From positions 1 through 54,433 of the forward strand of contig BAAIJX010000090.1 of assembly GCA_054600435.1 (NCBI GenBank): a stretch of DNA of 54,433 bases, written 5' to 3'. A program made the translations under genes and the position numbers. The notes below the pieces were generated by a model. The model was not told the DNA's origin. It made no database searches and saw nothing but the letters and a program-made list of their open reading frames with translations. Each line of letters opens with the position of its first letter. The stretch's first letter is position 1. The DNA comes from Neophaeotheca triangularis (Eukaryota). Below, one piece after another: positions 21,958-33,094 of the stretch.

Positions 21958-24062
21958 ATGTCTCCCAAACGCAAGCAAAACGACCCCAAGACCGTGACCA
22001 GCAAGAAGAAAGCTCGCCAAGCCAAGATGGAAGCAGAAAAGGAGACCGGCGAGACCTTCAAGACGCTGCCCATCACGCTTTTGTCCGGCTTCTTGGTAGG
22101 TGATCCAGGCCACGCGGCGTACAACGAGGACTAACGATCCACCAGGGCTCCGGCAAGACCACTCTCCTCAGCTACATTCTCAACTCCAAAGATCATGGCC
22201 TCAAGATAGCGATGATCGTCAACGATATGGCTGCCATCAACGTCGATCAGGGGATCATAGTCGCAGACGGAAAGAAGAAGGGAAGAGACGCCGAGAAGAT
22301 GATTGCAATGCAGAATGGATGCATCTGTTGCACTCTCAGGGGTGACTTTGTCATTGAGCTTGCGAAGATGGCCAAATCCGGCGACTTCGACTACGTCCTC
22401 ATCGAGAGTACCGGTATCAGCGAGCCGCAGCAGGTGGCTGAAAGCTTCACCACTGACTTCACCGAGGCCATGATGGGTGCGGACGGAGCGCTCGATCAAT
22501 TTGACGACGAGGAGAAGAAGGTGTTTCATGAGATGTTCGTCACAAAACTCACCTTTGACGAAGTAGATAGCAATGCTGACATGCTTGTAGTGCTCAGAAT
22601 GGGGGCTTGAACAAGGTTGCGAAACTCGACACCACCGTCACGGTCCTCGACGCTTTCCGTTTCTTCGAGGAATTCGAAACGATCCAGCTTCTCCACGAGC
22701 GTTTTCAGTCAGAGGTTGAGACACCAGAGGATCAGCGTACCGTCTCTGACTTGATGATTGACCAAATCGAATTCGCCGATGTCATTGTCATAAACAAGGT
22801 ATGTCCTTGATCTCACGCCCGAGCTAGTGACAGTCAACTGACCGTTCTCAGATCGACATGGTTGACGATGATGTTCTCGCCCGCATCAACGGCCTCATCC
22901 GGACCATGAATCCCGGCGCAAAGGTCGTGGAGACTAGCTTGAAAGTTTCAAAGAATTCCGAGAACCCGTACGGTGCCAAGCCGCTGGACGTGAAGGACAT
23001 TATCGCCACTGGCCAGTACAGCGAAGAGACCTCAACGAAGAGCTCCGGCTGGCTGAAGAGTCTGCACGACATGTCGATGATTGACAATCATGGCCGCAAA
23101 GTCATGGCCCCGAAGCCGGAAACGCTTGAGTAAGTACCCAGACTTGTTGTATCACGCCGGAGTACCAATGTTGACGTTCCAATAGATACGGCATCAACAG
23201 CTTCGTGTACAGGGCTCGCCGACCGTTTGAACCTGGCCGACTGTACGAGCTAGTCCACGACAAGTTCGTCATTCTCGAACCACAAGAAGAAGAAGACGAA
23301 GATGGCGAAGACGACGGCTCCGAAGCTGAAGCAGATGATGAATCCGAGCAAGAAGAAGACGACGACGAAGAACCAACCGCCAACAACGAAGCTTCGGACA
23401 TGGAAAGCCTCGGCAGCCCACCGCTCAAAGGCAGAAAAGACAGCGCAGATGACTCCTCAAGCAGTCGCCTGAGCTCCACTACCGAGCAGACCTCCCTCGA
23501 CTCCGACGCCGAAGGCCCCCCCGCCGCCAAAGACTACCACGAACTGGACCTCCCGACCCGCGTCGCCAACAAAAAAGCCCATCCCGTTTTCAAACCCCTC
23601 CTACGTTCCAAAGGTTTCATTTGGCTGGCTTCCCGCCCTTTCGTATCCGGGGACTGGTCTCAAGCCGGCGCCATGCTCACCGTCAGCGGCGGTCTGAACT
23701 GGTTCGCCGTCACTCCGGAAGAACAATGGGGCGCTCCGGGCGAAGATATCACTGCTTTGATCAGAAAGGACTTTGAGGGCGAATGGGGGGATAGGAGGCA
23801 GGAGATTGTCTTTATTGGCGAGAGTATTAATCCCAAGGAGCTCAAGGCGTTGTTTGATGCCTGTCTTCTTGATGATGGGGAGATGGCGCGGTGGGAGAAG
23901 ATTATGAGGAAGGGCGTCGAGGATGAGGTCAAGGAGAGGCGGCTGGCTAAGGTCTTTGATGATGGGTGGGAGGATTGGCCGAATCCGTTGTTGGAGGAGG
24001 AGGAGGATCATGAGCATGATCATCATGGCCATGGTCATGGTTATGTTGGGCACCGTCGTTGA
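21958..24062 (+). CDS. COG0523/CobW-family G3E P-loop GTPase (metal chaperone) with acidic insert and His-rich tail; introns approx. 22095-22145, 22535-22590, 22799-22851, 23130-23185
   Basis: LSGFLGSGKTT, NGCICCTLRGD, IESTGISEP, QIEFADVIVINK; CobW_C RSKGFIWLA..WSQAG..GDRRQEIVFIG; HEHDHHGHGH. Confidence 0.93.
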
Positions 24063-24318
24063 TGTTCTTGCGTCTCTGGGGCCGTTCGGCGGTTCGTCGC
24101 TTACCTAAAGTTTGCCCATACAATGCGCATCTCCACGGCTAGAGCTCGCTTTGATGATTTGATGCATTATCTTTGCGACATGATGAAAGCTTTCAGATCT
24201 CCAGGGAGCTTGCATTGTCGGATGTCGTAATATGAGAATCCGGGGCAGGTCTGGAAATAATGCTTCAAATCTAAAAAGGTCAAACGTATAACTGGTTTAG
24301 GTGTTGCACAACGCTCAC

Positions 24319-26524
24319 TCAAGCATGGCCGTTCCCGTTGCCCTTGTTTGGACAACTGCCTTTACCCTTGCCATGACCTTTACCGTGACCCTTGCCTTTG
24401 CCCTTGTCCTCTCCCCTTCCAGAACCCTTTCCGCCGCCTTGCCCGCCCTCATTGGACCCAGGGCAGTCAGCCTCGTAGGTCTGCGGAATCTGTACCCCAT
24501 TCCACGAGGGGTTGACCTCCTGCAACAACCCGGCCTCGTCAAAGTAGATGGGGTCTACCATAACTTCCCTATTCGTGCCATTTCCATCGGGAATGTCGAA
24601 ACGGTGATAGGCAATGTACCAGTCGTCGGTACCCGGCACGTTCACAATACTGTTGTGGCCCGCGCCGTAGATGCCTTGCGAGGGACGCGACCGCAGAACA
24701 ACACCCTGGAATTCCCACGGCCCGTGGATGCTCTCCGAAATCGAGTAGCCCACGCGGTAGTCGGGGGAGTTTGTGCTGTCGATGGAGAAGGTGATGTGGT
24801 AGTAAGGCTCGCGGTAGTTGACCCAGATGCCCTCGCGGAAATCGTCGAGGCCGTCGATCCTGCGGATCGTGCCGTTGACTATGTTCAGCATGTCGTCGGT
24901 GAGCTCGGCGTAGCGGGCTGCTTCCAGCGAGCTGTCGCCGTTGCCCCAGAAAATGTAGTATTTGCCGTCGGCCGGGTCTTGGAAGACTGCGGGATCGATG
25001 GCTTGGCCGGAGATGGGTTCTTCCGTATTGGTGATCATGGCTGTTGGTTGGGCTTCGAAGGGCCCCGAGGGTGAAGGTGCGACGGCGACGCCGATGGTCT
25101 TTTGCTCGTAGGTTGGGTTCTCGCCGCTGAAGTAGAAGTAGTACATGCCGTTCTTTTCGGCGATGGTGGGCGCCCAGGCATTGCCGGTGGCCCATGGAAC
25201 GTTGCCGTCGGTGCCGTTGAGAGTGAGGAAGGGCTCTTCACTGCGCGTCCAGTCCACCAGGTCGTCGGAAGACCAGACGTAGAATTCCTGTCCGCCCCAG
25301 CCTTCGAAGCCGTCGGTGGTCGCATAGATGTAGTATCTACCGCAGTAGGCTGCAATTGTGGGGTCGGCGTGGAGGTAGTCACCGAGAACACTTTCCGGAG
25401 CGCCCAAAGCGTTGAGTCTTTCCAACTCGGCCGCCGTGATGGGTATGACACTGCCGTGACGAGGTGAAGTTGGGAGTGCGGAGTCTTCAGCGACCGTCCA
25501 GTTCGGGTTATTGATATCCTCGGTTACCAACGGAATGTAGCCTAACAGCAAGAATTAGGAAGATGATAAACAATCAGGTGAGCGTGCTCGACTTACTGCC
25601 TTCGATAAACTCGTCCACGAAAAGAACGTACAAGTCGCCGTTCACGTCTCCAGGATTCGTCCTGAAGGCATCTGGGCCCTCGAGCTCTTCGAGACCTGCG
25701 TTCTGTCCGATGCACGACTCAACGACGGTCCACTCATCGAGATTGCCTCGCAAGTTGGTGCTAGTCTCGTGAACTAGATCTACACAGCCTTCCAATCCAC
25801 CTTCATACTTGGTGAATCGATGGTAGACAGCGCTGCCCGGGTCCTGGTACACTGTGGAATCGATACGTGCAGCCTCTGGAGAACCGCCGTCTTGCCAGAT
25901 CTGCGCCTCGCTGAAGGTCACAAAGTCGTTGGTGGTGGCGTATAGCATGCGAGCATAGGATTCAGTGTTGGTGCGGTTGGTGTCGGACTCATTGTAGAGC
26001 TGAGAGGCCCAGAAGACGACGAATTCTTCGTTGGCGTCATCGTAAAAGGCCTCCGGGGCCCAGGTGTTGCCAGCTGTTGGGGGCGAAACTAACACCTGCC
26101 GCTGCTCGGACCAATTGACAAGATCCTCAGTCTCCCATACATTCAAGTATCGGCTTCCATTCGTCACGGCATCACCCCAGGAAGTGCCAGATCCAATTGA
26201 TAGGTCGGTTGCGATCAAGTAGACCTTATTTGTGCCTGGCTCGCGAATAATGAATGGGTCTCGAGCTCCTCCAGTGCCCTGGGTGGAGTTGAGGTACGGC
26301 GTGCCATTGTTCAATTCGTTCCATCGGAGAGCATCATTGCCTTGACTAGTGGCGAAAGAGATGGTCTCCCCTTCGAGAGTGTCTGCTGTAAAGTAGACGA
26401 AGAAGTAGGCTTCGTATTCATCGGTTTGTCGAGCTTCGACATTCTGCTGCTTGTCGAGTGTGGGACGTCCATAGACCAAGGGAGACAGCGCTGCTACAGC
26501 AGCACCCAACAAGAGAGAACGCAT
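24319..26524 (-). CDS. Secreted tandem two-domain GH43 (arabinanase/arabinofuranosidase-like); intron 25596-25542
   Basis: Signal peptide; domain 1 RDPFI, WAPE, IDST, EGP, PRHGSVIP; domain 2 ADPTI, WAP, IDPAVF, REG, GHNS; the splice joins the two ORFs in frame (FIEGSYIPL). Confidence 0.92.
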
Positions 26525-27628
26525 TGTGTTTAATGGACAGAATCACTCAGATAGTACCTACCTCCACCACAGAGGAAGCGAAACTCCCGTGCGTTTTATA
26601 TTGACGCCGTGCCTGATTCTCTGCAGCGACATCACACTGCATATCTTGGGACATCATCATCATGTCTCTTTCGCCTCGAGACTGCTTTCTTGAGTGATGC
26701 AACGTGGTCGTAGCTTGGCAGACGGTGCTCTCTGGGTTGTGAGGGAGGCGACTGGACGAGATGCCGATGGACCATGTTGACTTTTGTCCGAATGCTGCGG
26801 GGTCAGACAACAACTACTCCACCTTGTCGCTCGCGGCACCGTACACGTGATCGTAGGGGTAACACTTGGAAAGTTTGATGAGGTGGAGGTGGTGCAGAGG
26901 TGGTGATGATGTTCTTCTTCTTGCTGGCCACTTGGTCCGATGTGGAGGAAGTTGGAACGCGGGGGCCAACAAGCCGCAGCCAAGGATCTCCCCCTCAAAA
27001 GTGAGGAGAGGAGTAACCGGGCACGACCGGAGATTCGCTGGCATGCTTCTAGGAAAAAGACAGCAAAACACTGTGCATCCTCCTCCCCGACGAGTGGCCC
27101 ATCGTGGAGCCATTGGATGCGTTCAAGACACAATGCTTTTCGAGTGTCACCACAACCCTCCCATCTCCTCCCATCTGCAATGTGGCGAATGTCAAGACGG
27201 ACCTGACGGCAATGCGAGTGCAGCATTTCGACCATGGAACCTTTGTTCGAGAAAGTGCTCACCTAGGACGAACGAGCCTCGAGTGGCATGAGCCATGGAT
27301 AAACGCCTTGAATGCCGTTGCTCTTTGAGAAAAGACGAAAGAAGTGTGAGAAAGTAGTGACAGGAAAGAAAAACGAAGTTTGAGGCGGACGTCTTCGTAC
27401 CTCCTCGAACACAACAGCAGCGGAGCCAAAAGCGGTTAACGAATCCCCGCCGGCTCTGAGTATGGCAACCTTCCCGGGTATGCAATCACGGTCTCAAGTC
27501 CGGAGATGAACCACCTCTTATCAAAGCCCAATCGCTCATAGCGCGACCCAACGTGGAACCATGAAAATAATGGTTGATCTCATCAGCCTGGCGCTGCCTC
27601 ATGGCCGCGCTGGCCTGCCTTTGCACCG

Positions 27629-29635
27629 ATGAAACGAGCCGCCAAGTCATCCAAGTCTCGCGAGGGATGTTCTCGTTGCAAGTCGAAAAAAATAAAATGC
27701 GACGAGACACGGCCTGCGTGTCAGGCTTGCCAACGAGCTGGTGTCGAATGCCCGGGCTTTGCCTTTCAATACCGATGGTCGAGGAAGCATGAAAAGATAG
27801 GCTCGTGTCGGAACGAAGACGATGGGCAAGGCGAAGCAAGTGTATCCATGGATGCCCCAGCTTCTCGTTCCATCGCCTCAAGTCAAGAACATCAAGCGTG
27901 CCACGAAGAGGAAGCAGCTGGGCCTCGAAGCTTATCGCTTGATGGCTTTTTATCCTCGAATCACCAGGTCAGCGATCAACTAGCCATTGAGCGATTACAT
28001 CCGGCAGACCATGGACCTTTCCAAAGTCGAGTCAATGCCCCAACTGCTCCACGTCCGGACTTGTACACTCTCTCAGGATGTGGTAGGGTATTCCCAGGCG
28101 CCGAAAACACTATTCTCAATGGCAGCACGGAAGCAGTTGTATCACCCGCCACTGGCTTTCGAAAGCAAGTGCAGCTGGATGATCAGCCAGCACAAGGGCA
28201 TATCAGAGGAGACTGCAATGAATCCCAAGGTGGCGAGAAGGGCGCCTGCGCTAGACGTGCCTCTAACTCTACAAAAAGACGGGCATCAGAGGGCCGCAAT
28301 CTTCTCGAATTGTTTTATCGCTTGTCAACCGAGCCCGCAACCCCGAAATTCTCGGACGAGCATGTTGTACATCATTTCTTCACAGCAGTTGCTCCGCTCT
28401 TGTCATGCTTCGGCTCACGTTTCAATCCGTTTCGGACGCTTGTTCAGGAGTTCAGGCCCTTTTCCAAGACAGTTCATTTGGCTGTTCTCAGTCTCGCTAC
28501 TGCGCACCTGGCCCACGAATACCCCTGCATGGAGTTGGAAGGTCAGGTCAAGCATAGGCAAGCGTCAAAATCACTACACATCGATCTACAGTCGCATCGC
28601 AGCGGAGACGTCCCGTCGGAACAAACAATGACAAGCCTACTTTTACTCGGTGCCTCCTCAACCTGGCAGCAGCCTTCAGATCCTGGCCTGCAGTACCTCT
28701 CGATGGCTCGAGACTTGATGCAAGACTACCTCCGAGGTGAATGCACTCTTCACGAGCCAAGCAAGTTGAGAGAAGAGGTCTTCTTCGTCGACGCTCTCCT
28801 GTACTGGGAAATGCTTGCCAGCTTCATTGTCCCGACACTGGATACGACTTTGCCTGCACCATATCTGCCCATCCCAGCCCACCGAGGGAAGGAGCAGCCA
28901 CGCCCATGTACAGGAATTACCACGGAAGTCTGCTTCGCACTTGGAGAGATTGGGAGGCTGATGCGACGACGGCGGTGCAATAAGGCCTCCGATTCAGACG
29001 ACCAGTGGGCTTCATCGCTGGAGCGATACATACACACCATCGTGATACCCAGCGAGAGCTCCATTCTTGACTATGGTGATGACGCTACCCCGAAGATTGA
29101 CCTTTTGCGCATCGCCGATGCTAGCCGGTATGTCGCTCTCCTTGAGCTATATCTTTGCTTCCCGAAGCTGTTGCAAGCCAAATTAGCCGGAGGACCATTA
29201 TTTCCCGAGTGCTTTGACGATGGAAGATTTTGCCCGGATGTGGTATCAGCCAGCGCTCCCAATCAGGACCGGCACCGCGCTTGCCTTTGCGCACTTGCCG
29301 AGTTTGCAATGGGCTTGATCCGAGAAATCCCGACCAGCCCAGGAGTATGTCGAATGCAGCTCTTGATACTGGTCTCTTGCGCGAGCCAGCTGCAATCCCC
29401 TGCCGCAATGCGTGACGATGTCCAGCACAAGGAGACTAACGATTCCCGCTCCTGGTCCCGCTCCTTTGTGGAAGAACGCCTCAATGAGCTTTCACAGAAA
29501 TACTCTCGCAGTCAGGTCATGCAGCTTCTACATATCGTCAAAGAGGTATGGAAACGGCTCGATCATGGCTCGGCGGACAATGCTCACTGGTTGGATGTAA
29601 TGCATGAGAAGGGTCTGCAGACTCTCGTAGGATGA
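27629..29635 (+). CDS. Zn(II)2Cys6 transcription factor with Fungal_trans_2-like C-terminal domain
   Basis: SREGCSRCKSKKIKCDETRPACQACQRAGVECPG; NPFR, LYWEMLASF, VKEVW..D, HWLDVM motifs. Confidence 0.92.
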   Translation: MKRAAKSSKSREGCSRCKSKKIKCDETRPACQACQRAGVECPGFAFQYRWSRKHEKIGSCRNEDDGQGEASVSMDAPASRSIASSQEHQACHEEEAAGPRSLSLDGFLSSNHQVSDQLAIERLHPADHGPFQSRVNAPTAPRPDLYTLSGCGRVFPGAENTILNGSTEAVVSPATGFRKQVQLDDQPAQGHIRGDCNESQGGEKGACARRASNSTKRRASEGRNLLELFYRLSTEPATPKFSDEHVVHHFFTAVAPLLSCFGSRFNPFRTLVQEFRPFSKTVHLAVLSLATAHLAHEYPCMELEGQVKHRQASKSLHIDLQSHRSGDVPSEQTMTSLLLLGASSTWQQPSDPGLQYLSMARDLMQDYLRGECTLHEPSKLREEVFFVDALLYWEMLASFIVPTLDTTLPAPYLPIPAHRGKEQPRPCTGITTEVCFALGEIGRLMRRRRCNKASDSDDQWASSLERYIHTIVIPSESSILDYGDDATPKIDLLRIADASRYVALLELYLCFPKLLQAKLAGGPLFPECFDDGRFCPDVVSASAPNQDRHRACLCALAEFAMGLIREIPTSPGVCRMQLLILVSCASQLQSPAAMRDDVQHKETNDSRSWSRSFVEERLNELSQKYSRSQVMQLLHIVKEVWKRLDHGSADNAHWLDVMHEKGLQTLVG

Positions 29636-31365
29636 TGAACATGGTTCCAGAGGAATTGACAGCACCCTTGTGAAAGCGCTGCCAGTCGCAATTTGTGTCC
29701 CATAGCCGATGCAACGCAGCAAGTGCGTAAAACTCATCCCAAACGCAGACGTCAATTGAAGTGGTCACAAATTGGAATCTTGTTCCAACGCGGGCTCAGT
29801 ATTGCGCGGGAGACGGATGAGCAGCAAAGTCTATTCCCGTCTAATCACAGTCACTTTGCAGATATGCTTGATGGCTCCTACGAAAGCGACCGCAAGGGCC
29901 GTGAAGGGCCAAGACACGGTTACCGCAGGAACATCGGCCGTCCCAGACATCTAGTGGTGAGGATCAGAACTGTCCCTTGTCGCTAGGATACGCCTCGGCG
30001 CAGGATTCCACTTTCTCAACAAACTGTACCTCGTTGCGAGCTGTTGGGAGCCTAGCCAGATTTGGGGATTAAACTCGCTCTGCTTTCTGACCCACGTCGA
30101 GCGCTGTAGCAGTCAGTGGTCGTGCCGTATGCTGCGGATCTCGAAAGCAAAGGCATGGGCACCATGAGGATCGTCGGGGCATCGGAGATAACGGTGAACC
30201 AGTCAGAACTCGTGACAGAGTGAAACTGTCTTGTTGATCCACAAGATCGAGCGGTGTCAACTTTCGTAGTCTGACAGCTGGCGAGAAATCGTTGAGCTGG
30301 TCGCGCAAACGTTCTGGTCAATCTAAACAGCCATTTTGTTTGTTGGTTGAATGTCCTTACGAGCGGCATCCCAAACAGTGGTGATTCGAAGGCAAGACTC
30401 AAACATAAATGAGAGCCTCCCCACGAGCGACCTAGGTTTGTTGTCCAATCCGGATGCATAGATTTTCCTTGCTTACGATGGCACTGCCAACGATTCGTTA
30501 GTTGATTACACTCACAAATAACTGGCAGGCAGAATAGCCCCCACAATCCCCCGCAGGAGTGAATGAGGTTCAGTATTGCCTGTTTGGGACAATCTGTGCC
30601 CGCGAAACAACACCCAATCGGGTAAAGCCTGGCCCTTTCCAGGGTCTGCACCAAGGCTGGGACGCACATGGAACCGTCTCATTGCTTTTCCATCCCCTGG
30701 CATCAGATCTCAGACATATGGATCAATTCAACAAACACATCTTTCCCGATTATGATTATTCCCCCCGGACAGTGTAGCTTTATCTCCTCCACAGTAGTAC
30801 CTAGTAGTGACTAAAAACAACTCCTAGAGATGGCCTTGCGAACGTGGGACATAACCTTTGCCGTTACGAACCCACCCGGCCGGACGCGCCCCACAGACCA
30901 ATGCCTCCGGCAATTTGCCCTCCCAGCCTTGCCAGTCCGATTTCCTGCTTGACTTCGACTTCACGTAACAGAAACGGTATGCAACTTCAAACTCCTCAAG
31001 TCGAATACGACGTTTACGTACGCATACGGCGCAGTTTGCGGCAACGGCCATCAAACTCCACAAACGTGGCCCTTTCTTTCCACATTTACTCCGCGCTTCT
31101 TCCCCATGGAGATCTGGCCGTAAAATTTTCTCGCCGCCCCCTTCGAAATGGGTCTTCTCTTGGCGGGCCGGAAGGAAATCGGCACGATTACCTATCAAAC
31201 ACATTTTTGCGCTAGGCGACAAGAATGGAAACGAAACACTTGCCATCCTATGCCACCGGTGCCACCGTCTCAAATGACGTCTGAGCCTCAGGGCCACTTT
31301 TCAATCTCCAAATAACCTACAAATCCAGCACTCTACCCTTCTGTACCACTCTACAGTGACACATC

Positions 31366-33094
31366 ATGGCTTCTTCCTCCTCACGTGCGAGTCCTCCGCC
31401 CCCGTTCGGGGCTTCGTCCTCCTCCAGCAGCGCCGGCGGTGACAAGGCCGACCTCAAGACTGGACACAAACTCGACCCTGTTGCCTCTCGCACGACCGGG
31501 GACATCGAAGCTCTGGACGAAGGTACCGGAGAGCAAGATGCCGTCTTCGGTAATGTCGACGAAGGAGGCCCGAACTTCCGCAATGTGAGTCGCAAAGCCC
31601 TCCGACAGCAGCCTTCACTGTAGCACAGCAGATTGCTGACAGCCCCTCAGCTGGGATGGAAAGGCACGACTGGTCTCATGATGAAGACGCAAATCGGTAT
31701 TGGAGTCCTCTCTATCCCCAAGACCTTCCACTCCTTTGGCCTAATTCCCGGTCTCATCATACTATTGACTGTCGCTGCCATCACCACCTGGTCAGACTAC
31801 ATGGTTGGTTTATTCAAGCTCCGCCACAGAGAAATCTACGGGCTTGATGATGCCGGGTATGTCATGTTTGGCCGCCTGGGGCGAGAGGTGTTTGGTGCTG
31901 CCTTTTGCATCTGTAAGTACCGCCCGCTTGTCTGCCAGTGAAATTCATGCTGACAAGCACCCTGCAAAGACTTCACCTTCGTCTCTGCCTCGGCTATCCT
32001 TGGTGTTTCCATCAGTTTGAACGCTCTCTCTGAACATGGAGCCTGTACGGCCGTCTTCGTGGCTGTGGCCGCTGTAGTAGCTTTCTGCTTTTCTTCTATC
32101 CGCGAGCTCTCCAAGATCAGCTGGATTGCGTATGTTGGCGTGGCCAGCGTCATCATCTCAAGTAAGTGAACTTTCGTTTGCTCGAATAGCAGATGCAGCA
32201 CTAACTCAGACTCCCAGTCCTTGTGCTCACCGTTGCCATGGGTGTCCAAGACCGCCCCGCCGAGGCGCCGCAAAACGGAGAGCCTTTTGTGTCCGACTAT
32301 AAGCTGGTAGCCCATCCCAGTGTTCCCGAGGCCTTTTCAGGTGTCGCCACCATCATCTTCGCCTTTTCAGGCACTCCGGCTTTCTTCCCAATCATTGCCG
32401 AAATGAGAGAGCCCGAGTACTTCCGTCGAGCTGTGCTGATCGCTCAATCCGTCGTCACCGTCATCTACTCGGTCATTGGCATTGTCGTCTACTACTATGC
32501 CGGTTCCTACGTCGCTTCGCCTGCCCTCGGATCTGCCGGAGCGTTAATGAAGAAGGTCACCTATGGTATCGCCCTTCCCGGTCTCATAGTCACCACCTTG
32601 ATCATGTCCCATGTAAGTAACCCCAGCGCGACAGCCTCCACAGCGACCACCTTTCCTGACCAAGCCCCGTTCAGATGCCGGCCAAGTACTTCTTCGTTCG
32701 CATCGCCCGTGGAACTCGACACATGACATCCAATACTTGGCAACACTGGACGCTCTGGCTCAGCTGCAACGCTGGTGTTGTCATCGTCGCATACATCATC
32801 GCAAGCGCCATCCCCTCCTTCGATGCCCTCGTTGCCTTTATTGGCGCTCTCCTCGCGACGCTCATGTGCTTCGCCCCCATGGGATGCATGTGGCTCTATG
32901 ACAACTATACCGAAGGCAAGAAGAACAAGACACTGTACTGGAAGTTCATGGTTGGATGGTGTGTGTTTGTCATCTCCTCTGGAACCTTCTGCATGGTTGC
33001 AGGATCGTACGGTGCCATCATTGGTATCATTGATGAGTACAGTGGGAATGACAGCACGGCTTGGTCTTGCGCGGACAACTCCAACTCGACGTGA
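31366..33094 (+). CDS. Neutral amino-acid permease (Aa_trans/AAAP, Mtr-like); introns approx. 31585-31650, 31913-31969, 32162-32217, 32613-32674
   Basis: GPNFRN-LGW..MMKTQIGIGVLSIP, FAFSGTPAFFPIIAEMREP, SPALGSAG, C-terminal WSCADNS; many TM segments. Confidence 0.92.

Noticed and set aside
489..24062. MAP1 plus COG0523 as a linked Zng1-Map1 metallochaperone/client pair
   Set aside because: They are 20 kb apart with unrelated genes between. The GTPase N-terminus lacks the CPELV-type Map1-binding motif and looks like a different COG0523 clade.
24301..25074. Long antisense ORFs (also 51530-52363, 20045-20677, 16755-17333, 23601-24053)
   Set aside because: Shadow frames of well-supported genes on the opposite strand, produced by codon bias
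26524..33094. Secondary-metabolite gene cluster around the Zn2Cys6 factor
   Set aside because: No PKS, NRPS, terpene synthase, DUF3328 or tailoring enzymes are visible in the window
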